This document shows, piece after piece, positions 1 to 5,933 of a DNA stretch of 6,037 nucleotides. Each line of letters opens with the position of its first letter. The stretch's first letter is position 1. The stretch comes from a virus. Lineage: Duplodnaviria > Heunggongvirae > Uroviricota > Caudoviricetes. The notes beneath the pieces were generated by a model that saw nothing but the letters and a program-made list of their open reading frames with translations, was not told where the DNA came from and searched no databases. A program made the translations under genes and the position numbers. The stretch lies in the IMG/VR virus record IMGVR_UViG_2609459804_000029. One strand, written 5' to 3'.

Positions 1-6
1 ATGCCA

Positions 7-30
7 TTTATGTACATCACTTTATGTACA
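7..30 (+). promoter_or_regulatory. Direct repeat TTTATGTACA (7-16 and 21-30), each containing the palindrome TGTACA, just upstream of the likely integrase start
   Basis: Read directly from sequence; position relative to ATG at 61 suggests int promoter or operator. No functional evidence. Confidence 0.2.
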
Positions 31-60
31 CACCTCTATTCAATGTTTAGGGATGCCTTA

Positions 61-1323
61 ATGCCAAAACTTACAGATATTCAGATCCGTGCCTGGATAA
101 AGGCAGACGAGAGGTTTGACGGCAAAGCTGACGGTAACGGCCTGTATCTCTGCTATCCTAAAAATTACACAATGCCCTTCTGGCGATTCCGCTATAAGTT
201 TGCTGGCAAACAACGGGCGATGGTTATCGGGTCATATGCAGAGTTATCACTATCCAGAGCCAGAGAAACAGCAAAGGAACTATCCGCCCGCGTCGCACTT
301 GGGTACGACGTAGCAGCGGAGAAACAGGAGCGTAAAGCCGAAGCACTGGCAAAAATGGAGGCAGAAAAAAACGCCATACGAGTATCAGAGCTTGCCGCCG
401 AATATTTCGAACGCCAGATCCTGCCGCGCTGGAAACATCCCGATATCCTCCGTCGTCGCATCGACAAGGACATAAACCCGCGTATTGGTCATATGAAGGT
501 TGAGGATGTAAAACCACGACACGTTGACGAGATGCTAAAAGCAATTGTTGACCGTGGAGCGCCAACCATAGCAACGGACGTTCTGCGCTGGACGCGTCGC
601 ATATTCGACTACGGGATAAAACGTCATGTGCTGGAGATTAACCCGTGCTCGGCGTTTGAAGTCTCTGATGCTGGTGGCAAGGAGTCATCCCGCGATCGCT
701 GGCTGACCCGTGAAGAGTTAATCCGGTTCTTTCAGGCCATGCGTACCGCAAAGGGATTCAGCCGACAGAACGAGCTAACCTTCAAGTTGCTACTGGCGCT
801 TTGCGTCAGGAAGATGGAGTTGTGCGCCGCCAGATGGGAAGAGTTCGACCTTGATAACGCCGTGTGGCATTTGCCAGAGGAACGCAGCAAAAACGGCGAC
901 CCCATAGATATTCCACTTGTTCCCCCCGTTATTGAATGGCTGAAAGAACTGCGCGTCTTGTCATGCAATAGCGCGTGGGTACTTCCGGCGCGGAAAATGC
1001 AGCACAGGATGATCCCCCACATTCAGGAGAGCACCCTACCCGTTGCACTGCAAAAAGTTCGCGCAGAGATGTCGGAGGTTCCAGATTTCACTATTCACGA
1101 CTTCCGCCGTACAGCACGCACACATTTAGCCGCGCTTGGTGTTGATCCGGTAGTCGCTGAAAGATGCCTCAATCACCGCATCAAGGGAGTCGAGGGCATA
1201 TACAATCGCTATCAGTATTTCGATGAACGGACTTCGGCGCTGGCGAAATGGACCAATCTGTTAGTGTCGCTGGAACGCGGGGAACGCTACAACGTGACAC
1301 CAATCAGAAGGGCCAAAGCATGA
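61..1323 (+). CDS. int: Tyrosine site-specific integrase, P4/CP4-57 (IntA-like) family
   Basis: 420-aa ORF; N-terminus MPKLTDIQIRAWIKA matches the LTD..I.A.K start typical of P4-type integrases; C-terminal HDFRRTARTHL and GIYNRYQY resemble the box II region and catalytic Tyr. RBS-like AGGGA 8 nt upstream of ATG 61. The ORF is open from position 1, so an in-frame start at 1 or upstream cannot be excluded. Confidence 0.9.
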   Translation: MPKLTDIQIRAWIKADERFDGKADGNGLYLCYPKNYTMPFWRFRYKFAGKQRAMVIGSYAELSLSRARETAKELSARVALGYDVAAEKQERKAEALAKMEAEKNAIRVSELAAEYFERQILPRWKHPDILRRRIDKDINPRIGHMKVEDVKPRHVDEMLKAIVDRGAPTIATDVLRWTRRIFDYGIKRHVLEINPCSAFEVSDAGGKESSRDRWLTREELIRFFQAMRTAKGFSRQNELTFKLLLALCVRKMELCAARWEEFDLDNAVWHLPEERSKNGDPIDIPLVPPVIEWLKELRVLSCNSAWVLPARKMQHRMIPHIQESTLPVALQKVRAEMSEVPDFTIHDFRRTARTHLAALGVDPVVAERCLNHRIKGVEGIYNRYQYFDERTSALAKWTNLLVSLERGERYNVTPIRRAKA

Positions 1324-1970
1324 TTAATATCCTGAAAAAATCGCCAATAGAACGCCTGTGCGCTTCTGTTTCAATCACTCCGCACGAAATGGCCCTTGCA
1401 CTGGCTGGCCTTAATCCGTCAATGAGAATAGGCGACGTGCCGCAGGACAAGTTCGAACAGGTCGAATCAGCCAGAACGATGATAGCCCGTGCTATCTGGT
1501 TGCATAGCGGCAGGAAAGCGGGAAAGGATGAGCCATACAGAGCAGGGGATATATTCCTTGCGTCCTTCCCGTTCATTGAGGCAGGAACGCCAGAGGCAAT
1601 AATTACGGCGGTAACTGATGCCATTGATGATTTACGAGGAACAAAAAATTGGGAAGAAAAAGCACTTAATCTTGGTGGGCGGCGGCTGGTCAGCCACATC
1701 AAAGAAACAAGCCGCAGCGGAAGGGGGCAGTACAGGAAACTCGACGAAGAACAGGGAAACATGAAGATGATGGGGTTGCTGGTTTTACTGCTCGTGAAGA
1801 AATCAGGCACAACCGCATACATTCAGGACGGAGAACCAAACCGTTCAGCCATTTACCGCGACGTGGAAGCGCTGATGAAGGAGAAAGGGATATCGCCAAA
1901 AGGGATCGCCAAATCCACGTTTATGCAAAAAATATCAGCCGCATTACTGGCAGTAAGCCAGGCAGATTAA
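1320..1970 (+). CDS. Hypothetical protein (216 aa), translationally coupled to int
   Basis: ATG 1320-1322 overlaps the int stop TGA 1321-1323 (ATGA); AAGGG 7 nt upstream. Antisense ORF 1304..1822 is S/C/P-rich and looks spurious. No motif I recognise (no HTH; GRKAGKD is not a canonical Walker A). Confidence 0.6.
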   Translation: MINILKKSPIERLCASVSITPHEMALALAGLNPSMRIGDVPQDKFEQVESARTMIARAIWLHSGRKAGKDEPYRAGDIFLASFPFIEAGTPEAIITAVTDAIDDLRGTKNWEEKALNLGGRRLVSHIKETSRSGRGQYRKLDEEQGNMKMMGLLVLLLVKKSGTTAYIQDGEPNRSAIYRDVEALMKEKGISPKGIAKSTFMQKISAALLAVSQAD

Positions 1971-2050
1971 CCAGCCAACACGCCCTGTATTCACGGGGCT
2001 GTAATCCCCATACATCCCCCACCAGCAAAATTTACTCACCGTTCTTAATC

Positions 2051-2110
2051 GTTATAAATCGGTATAAACAGGATTAGCACGTTAAAGACTGGCAAAAGAT
2101 GGCAAAACAT
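2051..2110. repeat. Six phased decamers (gttataaatc/ggtataaaca/ggattagcac/gttaaagact/ggcaaaagat/ggcaaaacat); the last two are a 9/10 tandem repeat
   Basis: Read from sequence; 10-bp phasing of A-rich blocks in the int-alpA gap suggests bent DNA or phased protein-binding sites. Confidence 0.3.
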
Positions 2111-2188
2111 AACAACGCATAACGGCGCAGTAGGAGTATTACGGTATCAGAACGTATACGGCTTCAATGACTTATCACCAATAAAGCA

Positions 2189-2205
2189 AAAACTTTCAAA
2201 GTTTT
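2189..2205. promoter_or_regulatory. Perfect 17-bp palindrome AAAACTTT-c-AAAGTTTT upstream of alpA; half-site AAAGTTTT recurs at 2267-2274
   Basis: Reverse complement is identical except the central base. Lies about 150 bp upstream of the AlpA start, alongside direct repeats TCAATAGATT (2252-2261) and TTAATAGATT (2273-2282). Confidence 0.35.
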
Positions 2206-2356
2206 AGCACTCTATCCCGCCTGTTCAATCTTTTACTGGAAGTATGTTTTTTCAATAGATTTTCGGAAAGTTTTAATAGATTCCAGATTTGGTGGAATGC
2301 TGTACAAACAACCAATAGAATGGAGAAAACATCAACTTTTAACCCATGAGGGAATC

Positions 2357-2572
2357 ATGACAGCTAACCATCAAGAAGCTATCCCTACCACGGGCTATAT
2401 CCGCCGCTGCAACCTGGCTAAGTTGCTTGATACCAGCGTGTCAACTATCGACCGCTGGGTGCGTATCGGCAAATTACCGAAGCCCACGAAGCTGGGGGAG
2501 AAAAACACCGTATTTAATGCGGTGGAGATCAACCACTGGCTGAACGAGCGCCGCAACAACACCAAGCAGTAA
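2357..2572 (+). CDS. alpA: AlpA-family (phage-type, MerR-like HTH) transcriptional regulator
   Basis: 71 aa; segment IRRCNLAKLLDTSVSTIDRWVRIGKLPKPTKLGEKNTVFNAVEINHWL fits the AlpA pattern (HTH, then G.FP.P.K.G, then E.W). RBS GAGGGA 4 nt before ATG 2357. An in-frame ATG at 2297 is an alternative start but has poor RBS spacing. Confidence 0.8.
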   Translation: MTANHQEAIPTTGYIRRCNLAKLLDTSVSTIDRWVRIGKLPKPTKLGEKNTVFNAVEINHWLNERRNNTKQ

Positions 2573-2578
2573 TCAGCA

Positions 2579-2606
2579 TGACGGGCGTACAGTTCCGCGC
2601 CCGTCA
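2579..2606 (+). other. GC-rich hairpin (9-bp stem, 10-nt loop) 7 nt after the alpA stop, with no following U-tract
   Basis: GACGGGCG (2580-2587) pairs perfectly with CGCCCGTC (2598-2605), plus a T-A pair at 2579/2606. Not a canonical intrinsic terminator; possible RNA stability or attenuation element. Confidence 0.3.
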
Positions 2607-2639
2607 GCACCAAACCTGATTCTACAGCAGGAGTTTTTA

Positions 2640-3488
2640 ATGAAACGTCCGAATATGCCCGTACAGGGGCAGGGCTTCGTTCAGCCCGAAGAACTGAGCC
2701 AACAGTATTTCGCCGCAATTATTCCGGTATCACCTGGCATTATTGGCGGATATGAAACGGGCATTGTCAGCGCACGCGCACTGCATAAAGCGCTCGGTGT
2801 AGGCCGTGATTTCACTACCTGGATCAAAGGGCGTATTGAGGAGTACGGATTTAAAAAAGGTGTGGATTTTGAGGTTGTAGAAAATTTGTACTTTGATTCC
2901 CCGAAACGGGGGAGCCAAAGTGTAAATATTGAACAGTTTGATTCTGGCTGGACAACAAAGCGCGGCGGTGATCGCCGCAGTGAAGACTATTTGATCTCCA
3001 CGAACATGGCTAAAGAACTGGCGATGGTCGAACGCACTGAACAGGGCCGCGCAATTCGCCAGTACTTCATCAAATGTGAAGAAGAGCTACACAAGGCAGC
3101 GCCGGAACGTGCCGCAGCTTTGCGCCGTGAACTGAAAGCGCGTGTCACCGTTGCCAGTTTTTTTAAGCCTATGTGCGCTGCGCTGGAGTTGTACCGCGCA
3201 GAGCTGGGAAAAGAGACTCATCAACACCACTACACCACAGAATCAAATATGCTGGCGCGTATCGTGCTGGGCGGCATGACGGCGAAACAATGGGCGCAGG
3301 AGAACGGCATCAAAGGAAAACCGCGTGACAGCATGAGCGTTATGCAGCTTGAACACCTTTCCTACCTTGAGCAGAGCAATATCACGCTGATTGAGTTGGG
3401 TATGACTTACCAGCAGCGAAAAGCCGAATTAATCCGCCTTTCACAGCGCTGGCTGGCCCGTCGCATGGGAGAGCATGAACATGCCTGA
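2640..3488 (+). CDS. Phage antirepressor-like protein (AntA/AntB-type N-terminal domain)
   Basis: 282 aa; N-terminal SARALHKALGVGRDFTTWIKGRIEEYGFKKGVDFEV matches the AntA-domain signature; central STNMAKELAMVERTEQGRAIRQYFIKCEEEL resembles the conserved antirepressor C-terminal core. RBS AGGAG 6 nt before the ATG. Confidence 0.75.
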   Translation: MKRPNMPVQGQGFVQPEELSQQYFAAIIPVSPGIIGGYETGIVSARALHKALGVGRDFTTWIKGRIEEYGFKKGVDFEVVENLYFDSPKRGSQSVNIEQFDSGWTTKRGGDRRSEDYLISTNMAKELAMVERTEQGRAIRQYFIKCEEELHKAAPERAAALRRELKARVTVASFFKPMCAALELYRAELGKETHQHHYTTESNMLARIVLGGMTAKQWAQENGIKGKPRDSMSVMQLEHLSYLEQSNITLIELGMTYQQRKAELIRLSQRWLARRMGEHEHA

Positions 3489-3739
3489 CATCCTCAAACC
3501 TGCTGTCCGGTACATCGACACGGCGGATAAGTTCGCACTACTGAACATCAACCATGCGGATTACATGCGCCATATCGTGAGCCATTTCGCCGCTGAGCGC
3601 ATGAAACACGTTAAGCAATACTTGGGGGAGGTTTTATCAAATTATCGCGCTGGTGGCCCTGTACGGCGCGAATATCCGCATGATGCAGGAATGGCAGGCA
3701 AAACAAAGGCGACCACGAAAGGGTCGCCAGTGGAGATAA
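3475..3739 (+). CDS. Hypothetical small protein, possibly frameshifted at a G5 run (3624-3628); boundaries uncertain
   Basis: ATG 3475 overlaps the end of the antirepressor gene. The N-terminal ~50 aa look protein-like. A +1 frame entered at the G5 run reads RFYQIIALVALYGANIRMMQEWQAKQRRPRKGRQWR with preferred codons and stops at 3737-3739, leaving a clean gap before the - strand gene ending at 3795. The track ORF 3475..4521 beyond ~3795 is S/R/C-rich antisense-like read-through. Confidence 0.25.
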
Positions 3740-3794
3740 AGGAAATCAAGCGCATCACCAACTATGCCATGAGTGTAGCTGGTGGACAAGGCTA

Positions 3795-3983
3795 TCAGCC
3801 TGGCGGGCGATTTTTGGTTGCTTTTAGCCGCCGTGGGTATTTGTCCAGAAATGCCTCAAGCGCAAGTCGTTTTGGTCTGGTGAGAGGAGAGGGATTAAGC
3901 AAAGACTCTCGCTTCTGGCGTGCTTTTTCGCGCTGGCGCTCAATTATGGATAATGCGATTGCCTGTAATTCTTCGTTGGTCAT
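3795..3983 (-). CDS. Hypothetical small protein (62 aa), downstream of the RHH gene on the - strand
   Basis: Helical, charged N-terminus MTNEELQAIALSIIERQREKARQKRE; sits 57 nt after the RHH gene stop in the same orientation. Weak RBS and mixed codon usage in the second half. Confidence 0.4.
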   Translation of the reverse strand: MTNEELQAIALSIIERQREKARQKRESLLNPSPLTRPKRLALEAFLDKYPRRLKATKNRPPG

Positions 3984-4040
3984 TGTGTGCGCCTGTAAAG
4001 CAATGCGCCGGAGTTCCTCACACCACGGCGCTGATAGTGA

Positions 4041-4346
4041 TTATTCTGATTCTTTGGCCTTGCGGCGCTGGAGTTCTTCGCGTGCAACGGTGATAAGCTG
4101 CCCGATTTCCTCCGCTGCCTTGATGCCGATTTGTTCGACATTAGCTAGGGCATCCAGTGAAGACACAAGGGGATTTTCTCCACTTCCTTCTGCCTGGCGC
4201 CTGGCGATCTCACCGCGTACAGCCGTAACTATAAAATTCGCTTTAGTTTCCCCTGGCTGTAGGGATGCCTCAATGCCACTCACTACTTCATGTGGAAATC
4301 TGGCATTCAGTTGCTGTGACTTATTGTTAACAGAACTCCTGGACAT
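4041..4346 (-). CDS. Arc/Mnt-like ribbon-helix-helix transcriptional repressor (101 aa)
   Basis: Strong RBS GGGAGGTG before ATG (complement of 4344-4346). N-terminal LNARFPHEVVSGIEASLQPGETKANFIVTAVRGEI aligns with the Arc motif FNLRWPREVLDLVRKVAEENGRSVNSEIYQRV as I recall it. A ~50-aa helical C-terminal extension is reminiscent of Mnt. Start chosen at MSRSS rather than the upstream in-frame ATG at 4493. Confidence 0.7.
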   Translation of the reverse strand: MSRSSVNNKSQQLNARFPHEVVSGIEASLQPGETKANFIVTAVRGEIARRQAEGSGENPLVSSLDALANVEQIGIKAAEEIGQLITVAREELQRRKAKESE

Positions 4347-4376
4347 GTTTGCACCTCCCATTAATAACGGGATGCA

Positions 4377-4443
4377 GTGTAATACAAAAGTGAATACCAA
4401 AAAAGACTTGAAATGGTATTCACTTAAATGTAATGTGAATACC
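4377..4443. promoter_or_regulatory. Divergent promoter/operator: GTGAATACC at 4390-4398 and 4435-4443, inverted copy GGTATTCAC at 4415-4423, degenerate copy at 4377-4385; candidate rightward promoter TTGAAA (4408-4413), 17-bp spacer, TAATGT (4431-4436)
   Basis: Motifs read directly from sequence; the inverted copy lies in the promoter spacer and the third copy overlaps the -10. Located between the divergent RHH gene and the Icd-like operon. Confidence 0.45.
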
Positions 4444-4481
4444 ACAAGTGCTGATACATGCAATTCAGCAATTGAAACGAC

Positions 4482-4518
4482 GAAGCCCCGCAAGTGTCGT
4501 TACCACTCGCAGGGCTTC
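4482..4518 (+). other. Imperfect hairpin (13 of 15 positions paired, 7-nt loop) in the presumed 5' leader of the rightward operon
   Basis: GAAGCCCCGCAAGTG pairs with CACTCGCAGGGCTTC with two mismatches. No U-tract on either strand, so not a canonical terminator. Confidence 0.3.
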
Positions 4519-4546
4519 TAACCAACAACGTAAACTAGGAGCCGTT

Positions 4547-4744
4547 ATGGTTGCCGTAAATCATATACCACGTCTGGCGCACACACAAACGGCCTTTGTG
4601 TGGCGTTTTCTGGCCCTGAGTGCCGGAGAATCTCAAATCATCAACGTAACCGCCTGGACGGAACTCGAAGCGCGTAACCGTTGCCCGTCAGGTTGCGTTG
4701 CTGTATTCGCCGCCCGTATCCGTCAGGAGGCATCACATGGATAA
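4547..4744 (+). CDS. Small protein, host cell division inhibitor Icd-like family (tentative), copy 1
   Basis: 65 aa; RBS AGGAG 5 nt before ATG 4547; shares FVWRF...ARIRQE with the paralog at 5031..5201. Family name is recalled from P4-like prophage annotations and is uncertain. Confidence 0.55.
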   Translation: MVAVNHIPRLAHTQTAFVWRFLALSAGESQIINVTAWTELEARNRCPSGCVAVFAARIRQEASHG

Positions 4745-5030
4745 AAACATGTTGATCGCCTCTTCTTTCGGGCTGTATGATGCCGGAGTCGCCCACATGG
4801 CGGCCGGGTTTAGCAGCCTGAATACATCTGGCGGACAGCCGCCCACATCCGATAAGCGGTTTTTTTGTGTCCGTAAACCTACCCATACCCGCATTATGGC
4901 GGGGCGTAACGGGGGAGCCTTTGTGCTCGCTGGTTTCCAGATGACCAGTCTGCTAACCCTGTTACGTCTCGCCACCATGTTTAGCAGCGTAGTAGCGAGA
5001 CTCCTTAAAATTCATCTGGGAGCCTTTCAC

Positions 5031-5201
5031 ATGGCTGTATCCGCACGCCCTTACTTTGTCTGGCGCTTTATGCAGTGCCTGACAGACAGCATTGCAATAT
5101 TCACCGTTACCGCTGCCACTGAGCGCGAAGCACGCGCCCGGCTGCCGCACGCACATCTGATTTTTGTCGCCCGTATCCGTCAGGAGGTGACTCATGCTTA
5201 A
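5031..5201 (+). CDS. Small protein, Icd-like family (tentative), copy 2
   Basis: 56 aa MAVSARPYFVWRFMQ...LIFVARIRQEVTHA; RBS CTGGGAG 8 nt before ATG 5031. The frame is open upstream to ATG 4737 (strong RBS CAGGAGG), so a 154-aa fused product 4737..5201 is an alternative. Confidence 0.5.
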   Translation: MAVSARPYFVWRFMQCLTDSIAIFTVTAATEREARARLPHAHLIFVARIRQEVTHA

Positions 5202-5379
5202 AACCTTCCGCGTCTTTTCCCGTGCTGTTAATAAGCGCGGCTATACCGTTGGCATCACGCAGAACGTGAAGGCCGAAAACGTCCAGGCTGCAATCAGCAC
5301 AGTAATTAACAAATCAGCTAAAGCCGGTTTATCCGGCGTAATTATCCACGCCGTTCATGAAATAAATGGGGTGCAGTAA
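5194..5379 (+). CDS. Hypothetical small protein (61 aa)
   Basis: ATG 5194 preceded by CAGGAGGTG embedded in the 3' end of Icd-like copy 2; start overlaps the upstream stop. Confidence 0.55.
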   Translation: MLKTFRVFSRAVNKRGYTVGITQNVKAENVQAAISTVINKSAKAGLSGVIIHAVHEINGVQ

Positions 5380-5582
5380 TGCAGGAAATAACACTGGCAG
5401 AAGCATCACTGAAAGCGCAGCAGGTCGAAGTAATCAGCCGCATGATTGAGCGCATGATAGAACGTAACCACGAAGAAATTGACGACCATGACCTTTCTGT
5501 TATTGCGGGACTGATTAAACAACTTTCCGCAAATGTGGCGGTATGGTTAATGACGGAGGAAGAAAAACGCGCTGAACAATAA
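5379..5582 (+). CDS. Hypothetical small acidic protein (67 aa)
   Basis: Start overlaps the upstream stop (TAATG at 5377-5381); acidic residues clearly outnumber basic ones; no recognisable motif. Confidence 0.55.
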   Translation: MQEITLAEASLKAQQVEVISRMIERMIERNHEEIDDHDLSVIAGLIKQLSANVAVWLMTEEEKRAEQ

Positions 5583-5639
5583 CGGAGAAAAATAAACAGG
5601 AAATAAAGATTAAGACGACGCCTTCAGGAGATTAATTAA

Positions 5640-5933
5640 ATGAAATCAAAAAATACTGGCTTAACTGCCAGTGGCAAAACTCAACCCGAATTTATGCGCG
5701 GGGATATTTACCGCGATAAGTACGGCGGCATCGTGATGATTATCAGCATGAGGGAACGGCGCATCACCTACCGCCGTGAAGGGTATGACTATGACTGCGT
5801 GATGCCTGTTTGTCAGTTCCGGCGTGATTTTTCCCTGGTGCAGGCCGTACCACGTCGTAGCCCAACCAGCAACAACAAAGCAAAGGCGCATGTTAAGGCC
5901 ATGAAGAAGACGATCAGCAGAGGTAAGAAATGA
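5640..5933 (+). CDS. Hypothetical small basic protein (97 aa), possibly DUF4222-like
   Basis: RBS CAGGAG 9 nt before ATG 5640; central YRDKYGGIVMIISMRERRITYRREGYDYDCVMPVCQFRRDF with a lysine-rich tail. Domain assignment is from memory and uncertain. Confidence 0.5.
   Translation: MKSKNTGLTASGKTQPEFMRGDIYRDKYGGIVMIISMRERRITYRREGYDYDCVMPVCQFRRDFSLVQAVPRRSPTSNNKAKAHVKAMKKTISRGKK

Noticed and set aside
1-60. N-terminal extension of the integrase starting at ATG 1 (MPFMYITLCTHLYSMFRDAL)
   Set aside because: The peptide is atypical and AT-rich with internal direct repeats, more like a promoter; the P4-type integrase N-terminal motif begins at M61, which has an RBS. The ORF is open at the window edge, so this is not fully excluded.
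192-1022. Track ORFs inside the integrase gene (116..313 +, 192..473 -, 224..574 -, 732..1022 -)
   Set aside because: They fall within the well-supported integrase CDS in other frames, with biased R/S/L/C composition and no RBS context.
1248-1319. Upstream in-frame start at 1248 for the 216-aa ORF
   Set aside because: It would overlap the int 3' end by 75 nt, whereas ATG 1320 gives a classic ATGA coupling with a correctly spaced RBS.
1304-1899. - strand ORFs 1304..1822 and 1699..1899
   Set aside because: Antisense to the 216-aa ORF and S/P/C-rich; typical spurious antisense frames.
2297-2356. Longer AlpA start at ATG 2297
   Set aside because: The GGTGGA sequence is directly adjacent to that ATG with poor spacing, and AlpA-family proteins are typically about 70 aa, matching the 2357 start.
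2395-2918. - strand ORFs 2395..2718 and 2730..2918
   Set aside because: They overlap the alpA and antirepressor coding regions in antisense and have no supporting motifs.
3475-4521. 348-aa + strand ORF from the six-frame track
   Set aside because: Beyond about 3795 it is S/R/C-rich with antisense-like composition and overlaps two better-supported - strand genes, including one with a strong GGGAGGTG RBS and an Arc-like motif. Only the first part is kept, as a low-confidence and possibly frameshifted small gene.
4845-4870. Possible intrinsic terminator at the T7 run (GATAAGCGGTTTTTTT)
   Set aside because: The preceding stem is only 3-4 bp with a large loop; too weak to call from sequence.
4712-5187. 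P4-style RNA immunity: the 19-mer direct repeats as seqA/seqC-like targets of a small RNA
   Set aside because: I found no complementary block (CCTCCTGACGGATACGGGC or a close variant) anywhere in the window; the repeats are explained by the conserved C-termini of paralogous proteins.
4641-5195. - strand ORFs 4641..4886, 4733..4978 and 4962..5195
   Set aside because: Antisense to the Icd-like region, R/G/P-rich and without an RBS; the + strand paralogs are better supported by the duplicated signature.
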